From positions 1 through 40,275 of the forward strand of contig BDIP01000033.1 in NCBI GenBank assembly GCA_003568945.1: DNA of 40,275 nt. Reading direction: 5' to 3'. The stretch comes from Kipferlia bialata (lineage: Eukaryota). A model generated the notes under the pieces. That model saw nothing but the letters and a program-made list of their open reading frames with translations, was not told the origin of the DNA and searched no databases. Shown here in pieces: positions 13,302-27,623 of this stretch (positions within the stretch are counted from its first letter, which is position 1; every line of letters begins with the position of its first letter). The translations under genes were made by a program, and so were the position numbers.

Positions 13302-16300
13302 CTGCACTGCTGTATCTGCCTCATGCCCCTAGTTCTCTTGGGCACCACTCCCTTGGCATTGATGAGGAGGTGGCCTACGGTCCTGGAGGTTAGTATCCGA
13401 GTTCAACACGAACTGACAACATATTAGAGTATGCAGAGTTATATACTCAATATTATATATATACTGTCAGTATCACCATAAGAGGAGTGTTACCCCTGCC
13501 AGGGTTAGATACATGCGGCAAATATGATATATCCGGTATGATATAGAAATATATATGTTATATTACAAATATTTATACTAACATATATCTACTAAAAATA
13601 TACTCACCATGACAATAATGCCGCAGCCAGGATATGGTCCTTGATAAGCAAAGGGAGCAGAGACATGGCCACAAGCTCACACTCGCCACTCGTGGGATCC
13701 GGTAGAGATCTGGGAGTGAGACTACATATATATAGTATCCAATACATATATGTAGGTATATAGTATATGTATGTATATCAAGATACATCAGGCAACGACC
13801 TAGAGGTTAGCTCAATAATGCAAGGTGTGACATATAGTTGAACAAGCACATAAGGAATATTCATAAGTATAGATATTCCTGTGTCAAATATATACATACC
13901 TACCTAATTACCACCATACATAGGTGTGTGAGGTACAGGGCAGCCTTGTCTGTCTCATGATGTATAAGTATATACATTATTATAAGCATATATATGTACA
14001 TACACACACATACCTATATACATATATGTATATATATACCTTATGACTACCATACACAAGTGTGTCAGATACAGTGCAGCCTTGTCTGTCTCCACACTGT
14101 CTCCCTCTCCGTCGGTGTCTCCCTCCCTCTCTGCATCACCAGCCATGTCGACATCACCAGAGGTAGTGGCACTGGGGTGAGAAGAGAACACTATAGAAGT
14201 ATATTATCATACCTTACATATATTAATTAATAATATACATATATATGTACATATCTACCATGTCGACATCACCAGAGGTAGTCGCACTGGGGTTAGAAGT
14301 TTAGAATATACAAAAGATATCAGATGTAGTATATCTATATCTCCATCACCAGCCATATATCTGCATCACCACCCATGTCGACATCACCAGAGGTAGATGT
14401 ACTGGGGTTAGAAGTATATAATATACAAAGAAAATCAGATGTAGTATATCTATATCTGCATCACCACCCATGTCGACATCACCAGAGGTGGTGGCACTGG
14501 GGTTAGAGATTATACATATACATATACACAACTGTATATGATACATTTCTCTGTATATACAGTATATCTATATCTGCCTCCCCAGCCATGTCGACATCAC
14601 CAGAGGAGGTTGTACTGAAGTTAGTGGACTATACATACATATATATACATATCAGTAAAGCGTGTATATATGTATATATCCACCATATACATCGACATCA
14701 CCAGAGGTAGTGGCACTGAAGTTAGTACACTATGTAAACACGCGTGAACCAATACAATACAAACTTATAAGAATACATGAAGTAACCGTACCTGAAAATG
14801 GGTTCGAACAGTCTGTCACTGTCTACTATGGGAATATACAACACACATACAATAATACATATATATGAGTACTAATATATACACTATACCAGCTGTATTA
14901 ACCTGTATATGGGTTCGAACAGTCTGTCACTGTCCAGCAGGTTGGGGATGCAAAGGGCGGAGTGGGTCTGGGGGTAAGTATATATATATGGAAAGTAGAC
15001 ACATATATATATATATACACACATAGAGAGAGAGAGAGAGGTTGGGGATGCACAGGGCGGAGTGGGTCTGAGAGTGAGGGAATGAATGTGTTTAGTATAT
15101 ATATACAGAGAGAGAGAGAGCGATGAGGTGCCAAAAACATATGTGCTATCACGCAGTTACATAGTGAACATATAATACTATAGTATATCAGTATGTGGTT
15201 ATCGTGTAGCACAAACGTTAACTTCTTGTAAAGTACATAATACAGTGTATTATAGTTTAGTGAAATACTGAAAGAGACAATAGGAGAGCAGTACAACAGA
15301 CCATACCTGGCTATCGTGTAGCACAAACTTTGACTTCTTGTATGGCTGCAGCAGGACAGAGACACCCTTGAGGACACTATCCCCCATCATGGGCATGGCT
15401 AGGACCTTGACATTAAGGGTATAGAGAGAGGGGGGGAGAGAAAGAGAGAGATAGATACTATCCCCCATCATGGGCATCGCTAGAACCTTGACATTAAGGG
15501 TGTAGGGAGAGAGAGAGAGAGAGAGAGAGACTAAGATATCCCATCATGGGCATGGGTATTGCAGTATTGATTCTGCTATACACACGTGGTGTATACATAC
15601 CTGCTGCACCGTGAACATTGTGAAGTATCCACTCTCTCGACCAGTCTGGGCCTCAATCTAATGGGTAAGAAAAATATATATCTATATAATATAAAGATAA
15701 ATATAATATAAAATATCTCAAATTGAATACCGACCAGTCTGGGCCTCGATCTAGAGGGTGAGTCATAAGAGAAGACAGAGTTTGATTAATAACACATCCA
15801 GTAGGTATCTGGCGATATACATACATGCACATACCAGTCTGGGCCTCGATCTAGGGGGTGAGTGGGTCAAAAGCAAGGCAGACTAGTTACTATTTATCAT
15901 AATACACATACACTCACCTGCGGCATCAACCATATGTCCAGTAGGTATCTGGCGAACTCCGCTGGTTTGTAGAGAAGGGTGGGGAGACCCACGGGCTGGA
16001 GGGCACACAGGGACCTGAGGAGAGTCAATCACATTATTATACATGTATATTTACTCAATAATATATATATACATCTATGATTGTGTATGGGTGGGGAGAC
16101 CCACGGGCTGGAGGGCGCAGAGGGACCTGGGATCAGTACTCTTGAATGTATGTGTAAATAGTACATGTGTAAGGCATACAATAATATATATGTCGTGCTG
16201 GAGGGCACAGAGGGACCTGGGATCTTAATTTGGAGTAGGGCAACCACATTCATATATACAATGTATATACATACACAATATACTACCTCAGTCTGGGGTG

Positions 16301-18100
16301 TGCCTCCGGGGCATTGGCCATGGATGCAGGGGGCTCGGGGAGGAGAGACAGGACACTAGAAACAGCCTGGGGTGTAAATACCAAATATTCAGTTTACGTT
16401 CAGTTTATACACGCGTCTGTGGGTGTTACTATTAATCCACTATATATATATATATATATAACAATATAGATATACTATATAATATTATTACTATACCTCT
16501 CTGACTGTGCCTGACTGTGTGCCCAGTGACAGTGTCCTGAGGACCCTTCTCAGCTCGGCAACTGTCTTGAGGGTGTCAGGCCTATACATTAGTCAAAACA
16601 TATAGGTATATATAGGTTTCAATCCGCTAATAATTATTATATATATGTATATAACCACTTGGATTCAGCTCTGCCACTGTCTTGAGGGTGTCGGGGCTGG
16701 GGAAGGATATATATGTGAAGAGCTTATGTACATGTGGGTGCGGTGAAGTATACTAAGCTTATGAGGCGAAAACTAATACACAAACCCTTCACTCACCGTG
16801 ACACAACTATATATATAAAAATGTGTGTATATATGTATATATATACACTCACCGAGGACATGGCGATGTGGGCATGAGCAGCTGCATATGGACAACATCA
16901 GTGCCAGCAGGGAACAGGGCAGTAGCCAGCTAGAGTGAGAACAGTAACATTTATATATATAGGTATTATACACGGAAACTCAGTATATATATATACACAT
17001 TTATATACATAGACAACATCAGTGCCAGCAGGGAACAGGGCAGTGGCTAGCTAGAGTTAGTATATATTACAATATATTTATATACTCATGTGTATATGGC
17101 ATATGTTATGTATACATATATGTACAACATCAGTGCCAGCAGGGAACAGGGCAGTGGCTAGCTAAGGAGTTAGCATAGTATGATATATATACATGTACAA
17201 TAGGTACAATATATGGAAGATGAGTATATAAATAAGAAATGTATATATATGGACATCAGTGCCAGGGGGGAACAGGGCAGTAGCCAGCTATAGGTAAGTA
17301 CAAGTAATGAGAAAGAATTATATGACGTGTGGTATAGTATGTATAGCGTTCACATATGGGTATAGCACTGCTAGGTAACAGGGAGAAACCAAGCTGATAG
17401 TTTACAACGTGTATCAAGACTCTGACATGGGATACCTCCACTGCGGCGTCTGCCCTGGACAACACATCATATATACTATGGTGTCTACTAAGAGAGTTCA
17501 CATTATACAGTAATATATATTTATACTCACACACTAATATATATTTATACTCACACACCTCCACTGCGGCGTCTGCCCTGGACAGCACTTGGTTGAGACG
17601 CTTAAGGGTGCAGAGGGAGCAGTGGATACTGGGGGTGGCTGGGATGAGAGATACATACACACAAACACATATATATACATAAATATATAGGGAGAGAGAT
17701 ACTCAGTCAATGCATTGGGCATATATACTATTCAACATATATACACACTCACAATGCAGTATGGCCACGCTGTCCCTCAGTATCTGCAGTGCCCTGTTAG
17801 AGAGGGAGTGGGATGGGTATATATATACATACTAATACATACATAATATATATACTATACTCACAATCTAGAATGGACAAGCTGTCCCTCAGCATCTGCA
17901 GTGCCCTGTTAGACAGGGAGGGGTATATATGTAAATACATAGCATACCCTATCTATATTTGTAACAATTCAATATACGTACAGTCCAAGATAGCTAAGCT
18001 GTCCCTCAGCATCTGCAGTGCCCTGTTGGACAGGGATGGATCATCCACAAGGAGGGACTTGGCGGTGGTGCATAGTCTGATAGTTAGTAAGGATAGTAGA

Positions 18101-18135
<35 letters not shown>

Positions 18136-20886
18136 TAGAGATGGGTCATCCAGTAGGGACTTGGTAGTACAAAACAAGATGTTGTTGCCATCCTACTTAC
18201 AGACATGAGGGGGGGGGAGATATAATATATCAAGTTAATAGTATCCCCCTTGAAATATATGTTAAAGTACCTCTTGTATAGAGAGAAGGAAGTATATGTC
18301 TGAACTGCTGCACATACCTAGGCAGGATGGCCGGGTATAGGTAACCATTAATATATGAACTGCTGCACATACCTAGGCAGGATGGCCGGGTATAGGTAAC
18401 CATTAATATACAAATACTATAACATACTAATATACCTAGGCAGGATGGCCGGGTATAGGTAACCATTAATAAAGAATATACATATATACATACATATATT
18501 GAACCATATATATATATATATATATATGAATGTGTATATATACCATAGCATACTATAATACCTAGGCAGGATGGCCGGGTAGGGCAGCTTGGGTCTGGAG
18601 GTGTGGTGCTTGGGAATACCGTTCCTGGGGGTTAGATGACACTAGAGACTGTATGACATGTTGACTATGGTGCATATATACACTCACTACAAAGCATATG
18701 TATGAATATATAATTTCTATTTATAATTATATTACTAAGACTGTCTGGAGGTGTGGTGCTTGGGATTGCCGTTCATATGATTTAGTCTAGGACTAACCAT
18801 GCAATATATAGAGATTAGGTATGTGCCGTTCCTAAGAGTAAAAGACTCAGGATATACACAATGATATACACAAATTCGTAAGCGAAAAGACACTCGAGTG
18901 ACAGTGTTTGAGGTAAAATAATAGAATATAGTAGGACATGTAGGTTCTGACGGGTCACTACACACCTTGCCCATGTGAATAAAGGGTCCAGACACATGGT
19001 GCCAAGGAGAGTGGCAGAGCGGGGGTTGGCTGGAGGTGAGTCAATATTCCGAGACAAGGTCAGTGATAACGCATCAAAATTGTATATAATTATACACTTA
19101 CTATACTTCTAAAGTATATTAATGTATATTTCTGTGACATAGTACTGCAGTAGGGGGATGGATATTTACAATGAACACTGTATACTGTAATGATATATAT
19201 ATCTATATATATATATACATACCTGTCACGCAGTGCTGTAACAGGTCCAAGAGGTAGATGGGGTCAAACAGATATAAGTATATAGGTATATATATAGATA
19301 TATACCCATGTGTATATATATACAGTACAAATATACCTGTGACACAGTGCTGTAAGAGGTCGAGCAGGTGAATGGGGTCAAACAAGGAGTGGGACTCAAA
19401 GGAGCGGGAACCCTTGGAAACCAAGCCTGAGTGTTATGACTATCAGATATATACATATCAGTGCTCATACATGTGTAAATGATAATGGTATATATATATA
19501 TATATATATATATGAGTGGGACTCAAAGGAGCGGGAACCCTTGGAGACTAGGCCTGGGTGTCATAATCAATCACTTTGAAAATTACCAATATATGTGAAT
19601 CGTTAAACATGACCATCCCTTCCCCTCACATTCGAAGGGTACATTCACACATACCCCATACACCACGATAGATAGAGATATGTATGTATATAGAGAGAAT
19701 GGTAATTAACGGTCTAGTTTCATACCTAGTGCCGCTGATATGTTCATGTACACCCTGACCCCTCTAATACATATATATACATAGAACATATATATATAGA
19801 TATAGAACATACTTATAAAATGTATATAGATCACCATAGTACCATACCTAGTGCCGCTGATATGTTCATGTACACCCTGACCCCTCCAGTCTTCTCAAGG
19901 TCACCCTAAACAGTTAGATAGACATATATATATGGATAGATATATATACATATACATATTGGCAAATATACAGAGAGAGTTCGACACATGTACACCCTGA
20001 CCCCACCAGTCTTCTCAAGGTCACCCTGGGGTTAGTATATATGTATATACACATATATACATATATATATATACATACATATATAGTTAGACAGATGTAT
20101 GATACCCCACCAGTCTTCTCAAGGTCACCCTGGGTTAGTATATATATGTATATACATATATGATATGTATATATACACATCAAGGCTCAAGGTCACCCTG
20201 GGGTTAGATGGACGGGTGTATGAAGAGGGGGTACTCTAAGAACACGACATTGTGTATGGAAGAGTACAACTATACACTTCTACATAAATAATGACGTACC
20301 GACTTGACGTCTGCATTGACTATGTGCATATATTCTATTAGTGTCACTTACATTGTTATAAATAAATATGTATATATATATGTAGGTATATAGTAATACA
20401 CATACCGACTTGACGTCTGCATTGACTATGTGCGTCCTAGTCATGTCATGGGCCAGTCTGACACCAGACAGGTACAGGAAGTCACCTAGAGTCAGATAGT
20501 ATAATCATTAAAAGAAGTACTATAGGAAATAGTGTATTATATATATAGTAGTAATCATGTCAAGGGCCAGTCTGACACCAGCCATATACAGATACATAGT
20601 CACCTGAAGAAAGAGAGGTGACAATACACTACTCTCAAATATATTCACTGATACACATACCAGGGCTAGATAGCACTATGCTCCTCTCTATGATGGGTGC
20701 TATTCTGCCGAAGAAGGCATCGGCACCGGTGTTAGTCAGGGCATGGTCAGTGTGGGTACTGTATCTATGATTAGTATGTATATGTAGGATGTCAGTAAGA
20801 GGGATATATATATAGAGAGAGAGAGAAAGAGAGAGGGAGAGGCATGGTCAGTGTGGGTGCTGTACCTAATAGTAAGGGAGAGACAT

Positions 20887-20919
<33 letters not shown>

Positions 20920-23900
20920 CGTGGATAGTGTGGGTGCTGTACCTATAGTAAGGGAGAGAGAGACATATATATAGGGAGAGAGAGAGAGAAAGAGCGAGAG
21001 AGGGAGAGACATGGATAGTGAGGGTGCTGTACCTAATAGTGAGAGAGGGACATATAGAGACCAAAGCGATAAGGAGGGAGACAATATTCATTATATATAT
21101 ATATTACATATGACTCACTGGCTTCTCTCCAGGTACTGAACAGTATACTACCTCTCTCTCTATATATATATGTATGACTCACTGGCACAATATACACTAT
21201 GTATATATATATATACACACTCTATATATATATATATGACTCACTGGCTTCTCTCCAGGTACTGCACTAGAACGCAGCAGGCCAGAACACGGCATCCAGC
21301 CTGGGGTCAATGACCAATCAGAATTGTATATATATATAGTACATATCTGGTAGAATGTACATCAATAATATATATTGTATATATACAATGTATATATTGT
21401 ATAAAAATTAGAAGCAGAACACGACAGCCAGCCTGGGGTTAGTGACTAATCAGTACATATACAATGTCATACAATATACAATGTCACACACACACAAATA
21501 TATACATACACACCTCATTGGCAAAGAGTGCAGTCTCTGCTGCCAACCTGGCTCCAGTCACATACCTAACAGTACTACATTATACTACTATATATATTAT
21601 ATGTATATGTATATGTATATATATACACACACCTCATTAGCGAACAGGGCAGTCTCTGCTGCCAGTCTGGCTCTGGTTCTGGTGGTCTTATTCCCCCTCT
21701 CTCTCTCTCTGTCTCTACTGTTGGCAGAGGCAGCTCTAACAGTCTCCCTGAAGGTTGGACTAAGACACTTATGGAATATAATGTATGTATCTACCCATAA
21801 GCACAATTGTATATACAAATCTTCATGTATTCAGTCTATAGTAAATATGGATATACACTGTTGGCAGAGGCAGCTCTAACAGTCTCCCTGGAAGTTAGAA
21901 AGAGACATTTAAGTAAAGAATAATGTATGTAACTGCCCATAAGCAATTGTATATACAAATATTCATATGCCCAGTCTATAGAATATGTGAATACATAACG
22001 TTGGCAGAGGCAGATCTAACAGTCTCCCTGGTTGGATAAAGCACACATACATATAAGGATATGACACTATATATATACGATGTAGAATATGCAATATAGC
22101 ATACTTTAGTACGGCAAAGTTCTGGTTGGACCAATGTAGACGTGAATATGGCACACATAATAGTACTCTGTGTGTATGCGTCATACCTCACTCTCTCGAG
22201 CTCATCTGTGAGACAGTTGTCTGTGCCGGTGTCCTTCTCGGCCAGTCTCACGCACTCCTTGTGCTTGGCAAGCCTAGCTATTAGATATATACATATATAA
22301 GATGGGGAGAGAGAGAGAGAGAATGACAGTCTCACACACTCCTTGTGCTTGGCAAGCCTGGGGGTGAGTGTATATACATATATAAGATAAGGAGAGAGAG
22401 AGAGAGAGGGAATGATTGTCTCACGCACTCCTTGTGCTTGGCAAGCCTGGGGGTAAGATGTGTATGAACAGTTATGAGTTATATACATGAATAGAAATAT
22501 ACTTGGATATATATATACATATAATCTATCTACGAATACCATGAGAACATGCTGCATAAGTATACCTGTTGCAGAGGGGAAATGCTACAATATACTAGAT
22601 GCGTATTCAAATATATGTATAGCTACATGTATGTGTATAATACCTGGTTAGTGCAGTGTGAGCCAGGTAGAGGGCCTTCAGGAACGCAGCCTGGGGTCAG
22701 AGGCGGACCCATAGAGTGGAAGAATTATAGAAAGACAGTAGAAATTGCATTATGAATCACATGTCGAAACACTCTATTATTATACTAAACATAACATTTC
22801 CAGTTAGAGTAATACATGGTCATAGATACCTGGAGGTCCGTTCTGTTACTCTGTGCGAATGCCATTCTGATGATACGCCTCAGACCCCTAATCTCTACGT
22901 TCTGAATCGAGTTCTTCCTAATAGTCAGAGATTGAGAGAGAGTAACCTAATCTTTGTAATAACACACACCTCTTGCAAAAATGAACTATATAGTACTAAA
23001 TATGTATAAGAGTCAGGGAGGAGAAGGGAGCGATAAAGAAATGTATATCTTAATAGAGAATGAAGTGTAATAATGAAATATTCAATTAACAATTGCACTC
23101 ACTTGCTTGCATTCGGGGCAATCTTGCCTCAATATGCACTGTTACGTATAGAACAACATAGTAAACATATCTCTTTGAACACTTAAGTGGACACTGTCAT
23201 ATAATCATACAGCAATAGTACTCACTTGCTTGCATTTGGAGCAATCTTGCCCATACAGTGTTAAATATTAAGATTGAACAGTACTCAATACGTTTAGAAC
23301 AACATGATAGTAACCATAACTCTCTGAACATGTAAGTGGACACTATTATAAATGAATGAAAATTCAAAGCAATTGTACTCACTTGCTTGCATTTGGGGCA
23401 ATCTTGCCCATACAGTGTGCATCCCAACAGAGCTGGGGTAAGGTATAAAGTGAATAGTATATATATAACAAATAGTAAGTTATATACAATATGTAATTGC
23501 CCATACAGTGTGCGTCCCAAGAGAACTGGGGTGACAGGTGGAGATATATACTAGTGTCCATAATGTGTCATGAATGCGTTGAAAACAAATGTGTAATGGC
23601 ATGCAAACAATGCGTACCTGGCCTGCCAGCAGTCCCGTGGCGTATATGTCGTCCTGGTTGAGGACAGGGATGGGGACCCAGTTGACATTGTTCTAGGGGG
23701 TAAGACAAGAGAGAGAGAGAGAGAGAGATGGAGAGAGAGAGAGAGAGAGAGGACAGGGATGGGGAGAGGATGGGGATGGGAACCCAGTTGACATTGTTCT
23801 AGGGTAAGATAAGAGAGAGAGAGAGAGAGAGAGAGGACAGGGATGGGGACCCAGTTGACATTGTTCTGAAAGGTAAGAGTATATGGATGTGTATATATAT

Positions 23901-24002
23901 ATAGAGAGAGAGAGATGGAGAGAGAGAGAGAGAGAGAGACGGAGAGAGGACAGGGATGGGGACCCAGTTGACATTGTTCTAGGGTAAGATACGAGAGAGA
24001 GA

Positions 24003-24035
<33 letters not shown>

Positions 24036-24074
24036 GACAGGGATGGGAACCCAGTTGACATTGTTCTAGGGTAA

Positions 24075-24114
<40 letters not shown>

Positions 24115-24459
24115 ATGGGGACCCAGTTGACATTGTTCTGGAAGGTGAGGCATTTGCAGAGACATACAAACGTGTATATAGTACATCTCAAGATACTCTA
24201 CTCACCGGAGGTGTGACCTCTCTCCCCGCCAGCCTGGCCACTGCAGAGACATAGATATGCAGAGACACATACATCCTGTATATATGTATGTAAATGTATG
24301 TACAAACTCACCGGAGGCGTGACCTCTCTCCCTGCCAGCCTTGCCACTGCTGTGAACTGGGCACAGACACGCTGCTGCTGCTCACTATTCTCAGCAGTCA
24401 AGTACCCTATGGTGAGTATACAGTAGTGCCATATACTACACTCTCTCAATATACTCCAC

Positions 24460-24505
<46 letters not shown>

Positions 24506-27500
24506 GGTGTCAACTGGGCACAGACACGCTGCTGCTGCTCACTGTTCTCGGTAGTGAGATATCCTGCAGTGAGTGTATCGTGTCGTAGGAATATAGCATG
24601 AGTACACATATGACTTCTTTACATATACCTAGCAGTTATCGCAGCGTCTAGCTGCGCACACTACCTCATATAAATATACGAGTGAGTATATGACATAATA
24701 CCTATACTACACACATATCAATTACCTAACAACCCCCCTGACACGTAGGGCAGTGTCTGGCTGCATAAATATATATATATGTATATAGATAGATACTATA
24801 TATATATAATATAGTAACTATATATACCTAGCAGCCCCCCCGATAACATATATGTCTATGTTAGGTTATATATACATACATATATATATACCTAACAACC
24901 CCCCTGACACGTAGGGCAGTGTCTGGCTGCATATCCGGGTGTTGATCTCAGCCTCTCTCTCCCTCTCCCTCTCTACATCAGCCTCTCCCTCTGTCTCAGG
25001 TGAGGCAGACCGGTCAGTGAAGTCCTCGCAGACACGTGTGACAGACACAATACTGATTGTTAGAGCAGAACTGACCCTGATATATTGGATATATGTAAAG
25101 ATGTACACCGATCGGTGAAGTCCTCGCAGACACGGGTGACAGACACAAGGCTACGGTAAGATATAAATGACACCATATATATATATATATATATATAGCG
25201 GATATGTATAAATGTAGATGTAGATGTAGACCGATCGGTGAAGTCCTCGCAGACACGAGTCACAGACACAAGGCTAGTGTAAGATAGAAATGACACTATA
25301 TATATATAGTAGATGTGTATATATGTAAAGATGTAGATGTACACCGATCGGTGAAGTCCTCGCAAACACGGGTGACAGAAACAAGGCAATAGTTAGACTG
25401 AGACAACAATGACTTTGATATATACTATGTTAGGTAATGATGAAATATATATGTAGGTGAAGTCTCACAGACGCGTGTCACTGACACCAAACTGAGGGTT
25501 GAAAGGAATCACTTCTTCATGCTGCTCTTGTATATTATACATATATATATCATATATTTATATATATAAATATACTCACCTCTTCATGCTGTCTCTGATC
25601 TGGTTGGCCAACTGGGTGGAGTGGTAGTCAAGCTGGGCCTGGCCTGGGGTTAGATTCAAGGTAATATTATGGTACATATACAAATGTAACTATATACTCC
25701 ATACCATAACTCACCTACTGTTACCCTATATCTGATGTGACATACATATGTCTAACTAAATGCGTATACGTATACATACAAGTATCTGTTTATACAAGTG
25801 TATACATATAGTATATATATACCCTACCTACTGTAGCCATGCCCTCTATCTGCTCTGGCACCCACTGGTGGGCATGTCTCAGAATGTCAGTACGAGCACA
25901 GGCCACACATATCTGATATTAATATTATATAGTAGTATTTAGATAGTACTACAATATATATATACTATATAGTGCATATTGATATATATATATATATGAA
26001 TATACACTGGTGGGCATGTCTCAGGATGTCAGTGCGGGCACAGGCCACACAGATCTGATATTAATATATATTTATATATATGGTACGTGCACAGGCTACG
26101 CAGATCTAGAGTTAGTATATATTAATATATATATATAATACTATAATAAATATATAATAGCTATACTGTATGTATGATAAATATGTATATATATAGACAC
26201 CGGTGGGCATGTCTCAGAATGTCAGTGCGGGCACAGGCAATACATATCTAGAGTCAGTATATAATATATGTATTTAACTAATATCAATACATATCATAGG
26301 ATGTCAGTGCGAGCACATACCATGCAGATCTGGAGTCAATACCACATATACATGTACATACACACGATGTAGAACTGTATACAAAACACATAGATAAGTA
26401 TGCACCATTGATACACTCTTACCTTCTTTACAGCGTGGTTTAAGTCACAGCATCATATACATCCAATACATGCAATACTCAACATGTCTAGTACATATAC
26501 CTTCTTCACAGCATGATAGGGCAGGATGCACTGGGCAGATATTTGCAGTAATCATATATAGTATACATATGGATACATATGTGTATTAATATATATGCAG
26601 TGTATATAGATACACCCATACTTTCTTCACAGCGTGATAGGGCAGGATGCACTGGGCAGAAGGGATAACAGACATGCGCTCAGGGTTGTCTGGAATGAGA
26701 AAGAACACAAAACTGTTAAGAAAGAAGAGAGTGAAACATGAAATCTATACAAGCATCAGTATATAGTCGAACTACTCACCCTTCCTCCTGAACTGCCTTG
26801 CTGCATACTCAGATATAACTGTATATGTATACATATTTGATATGCTCACGTACGTATATATATGTATATTAGATATGCTATGTGTGTTCTCACCTTTCCT
26901 CCTGAACTGTCTAGCTGCATACTCAGATATGTACACGGCCAGGGGCTCATACTTCTCTGCGGTGGGATGGGCAATACACGGTATCCATTGTATAGAGGGT
27001 ACATAATATCCACGTCTAACCCGCCATTTCGACTCCTGCCCTCGAGTGTATGTTGGGATCCCATATACCAATAACTATAAATACTCAAACATACTCAAAT
27101 ACCACTGTCACGTCTATATACCTGCCATCTCCACCACTGCCCTTGACTGTACACTGGAATCATATATAAAACACATTATGACACATTATGACACATTATC
27201 TGAGCATAAGTAAATATCATGTGAAAGGTATACCAACCTGCCATCTCCACCACTGTCCTTGAGTGTTGGGATCATCATATCAAATACATATGAATATACA
27301 TACTATCCTATATACATATATCCATATATATGGTACATATGTATATACCTGCCATTTCCACTACGGCCCTCGAGTGTATGTTGGGGTTGGGTCTGGGGCA
27401 GATATATAACTATTATATATGACTATACTATACTTTACTTGTATATACTATCTCTAATACTAACCTGCCATTTCAACCACCACCCGTGAGTGTATGTTGG

Positions 27501-27580
27501 GGTTGGGTCTGGGGCAGAACAGAGAGGGGGCAGAGGGGTTGCCATGCCTGGGGTTAGATATAATATGTATATTTGTAGCT

Positions 27581-27623
<43 letters not shown>

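Noticed and set aside
22644..22690. Gene end at KLRS-stop
   Set aside because: The intervening exon 22830-22917 shifts the phase so the frame continues as AAFLKALYLAH.
23618..23692. WVPIPV resembling histidine acid phosphatase WQPIPV
   Set aside because: No RHGxRxP motif in the spliced protein; likely chance.
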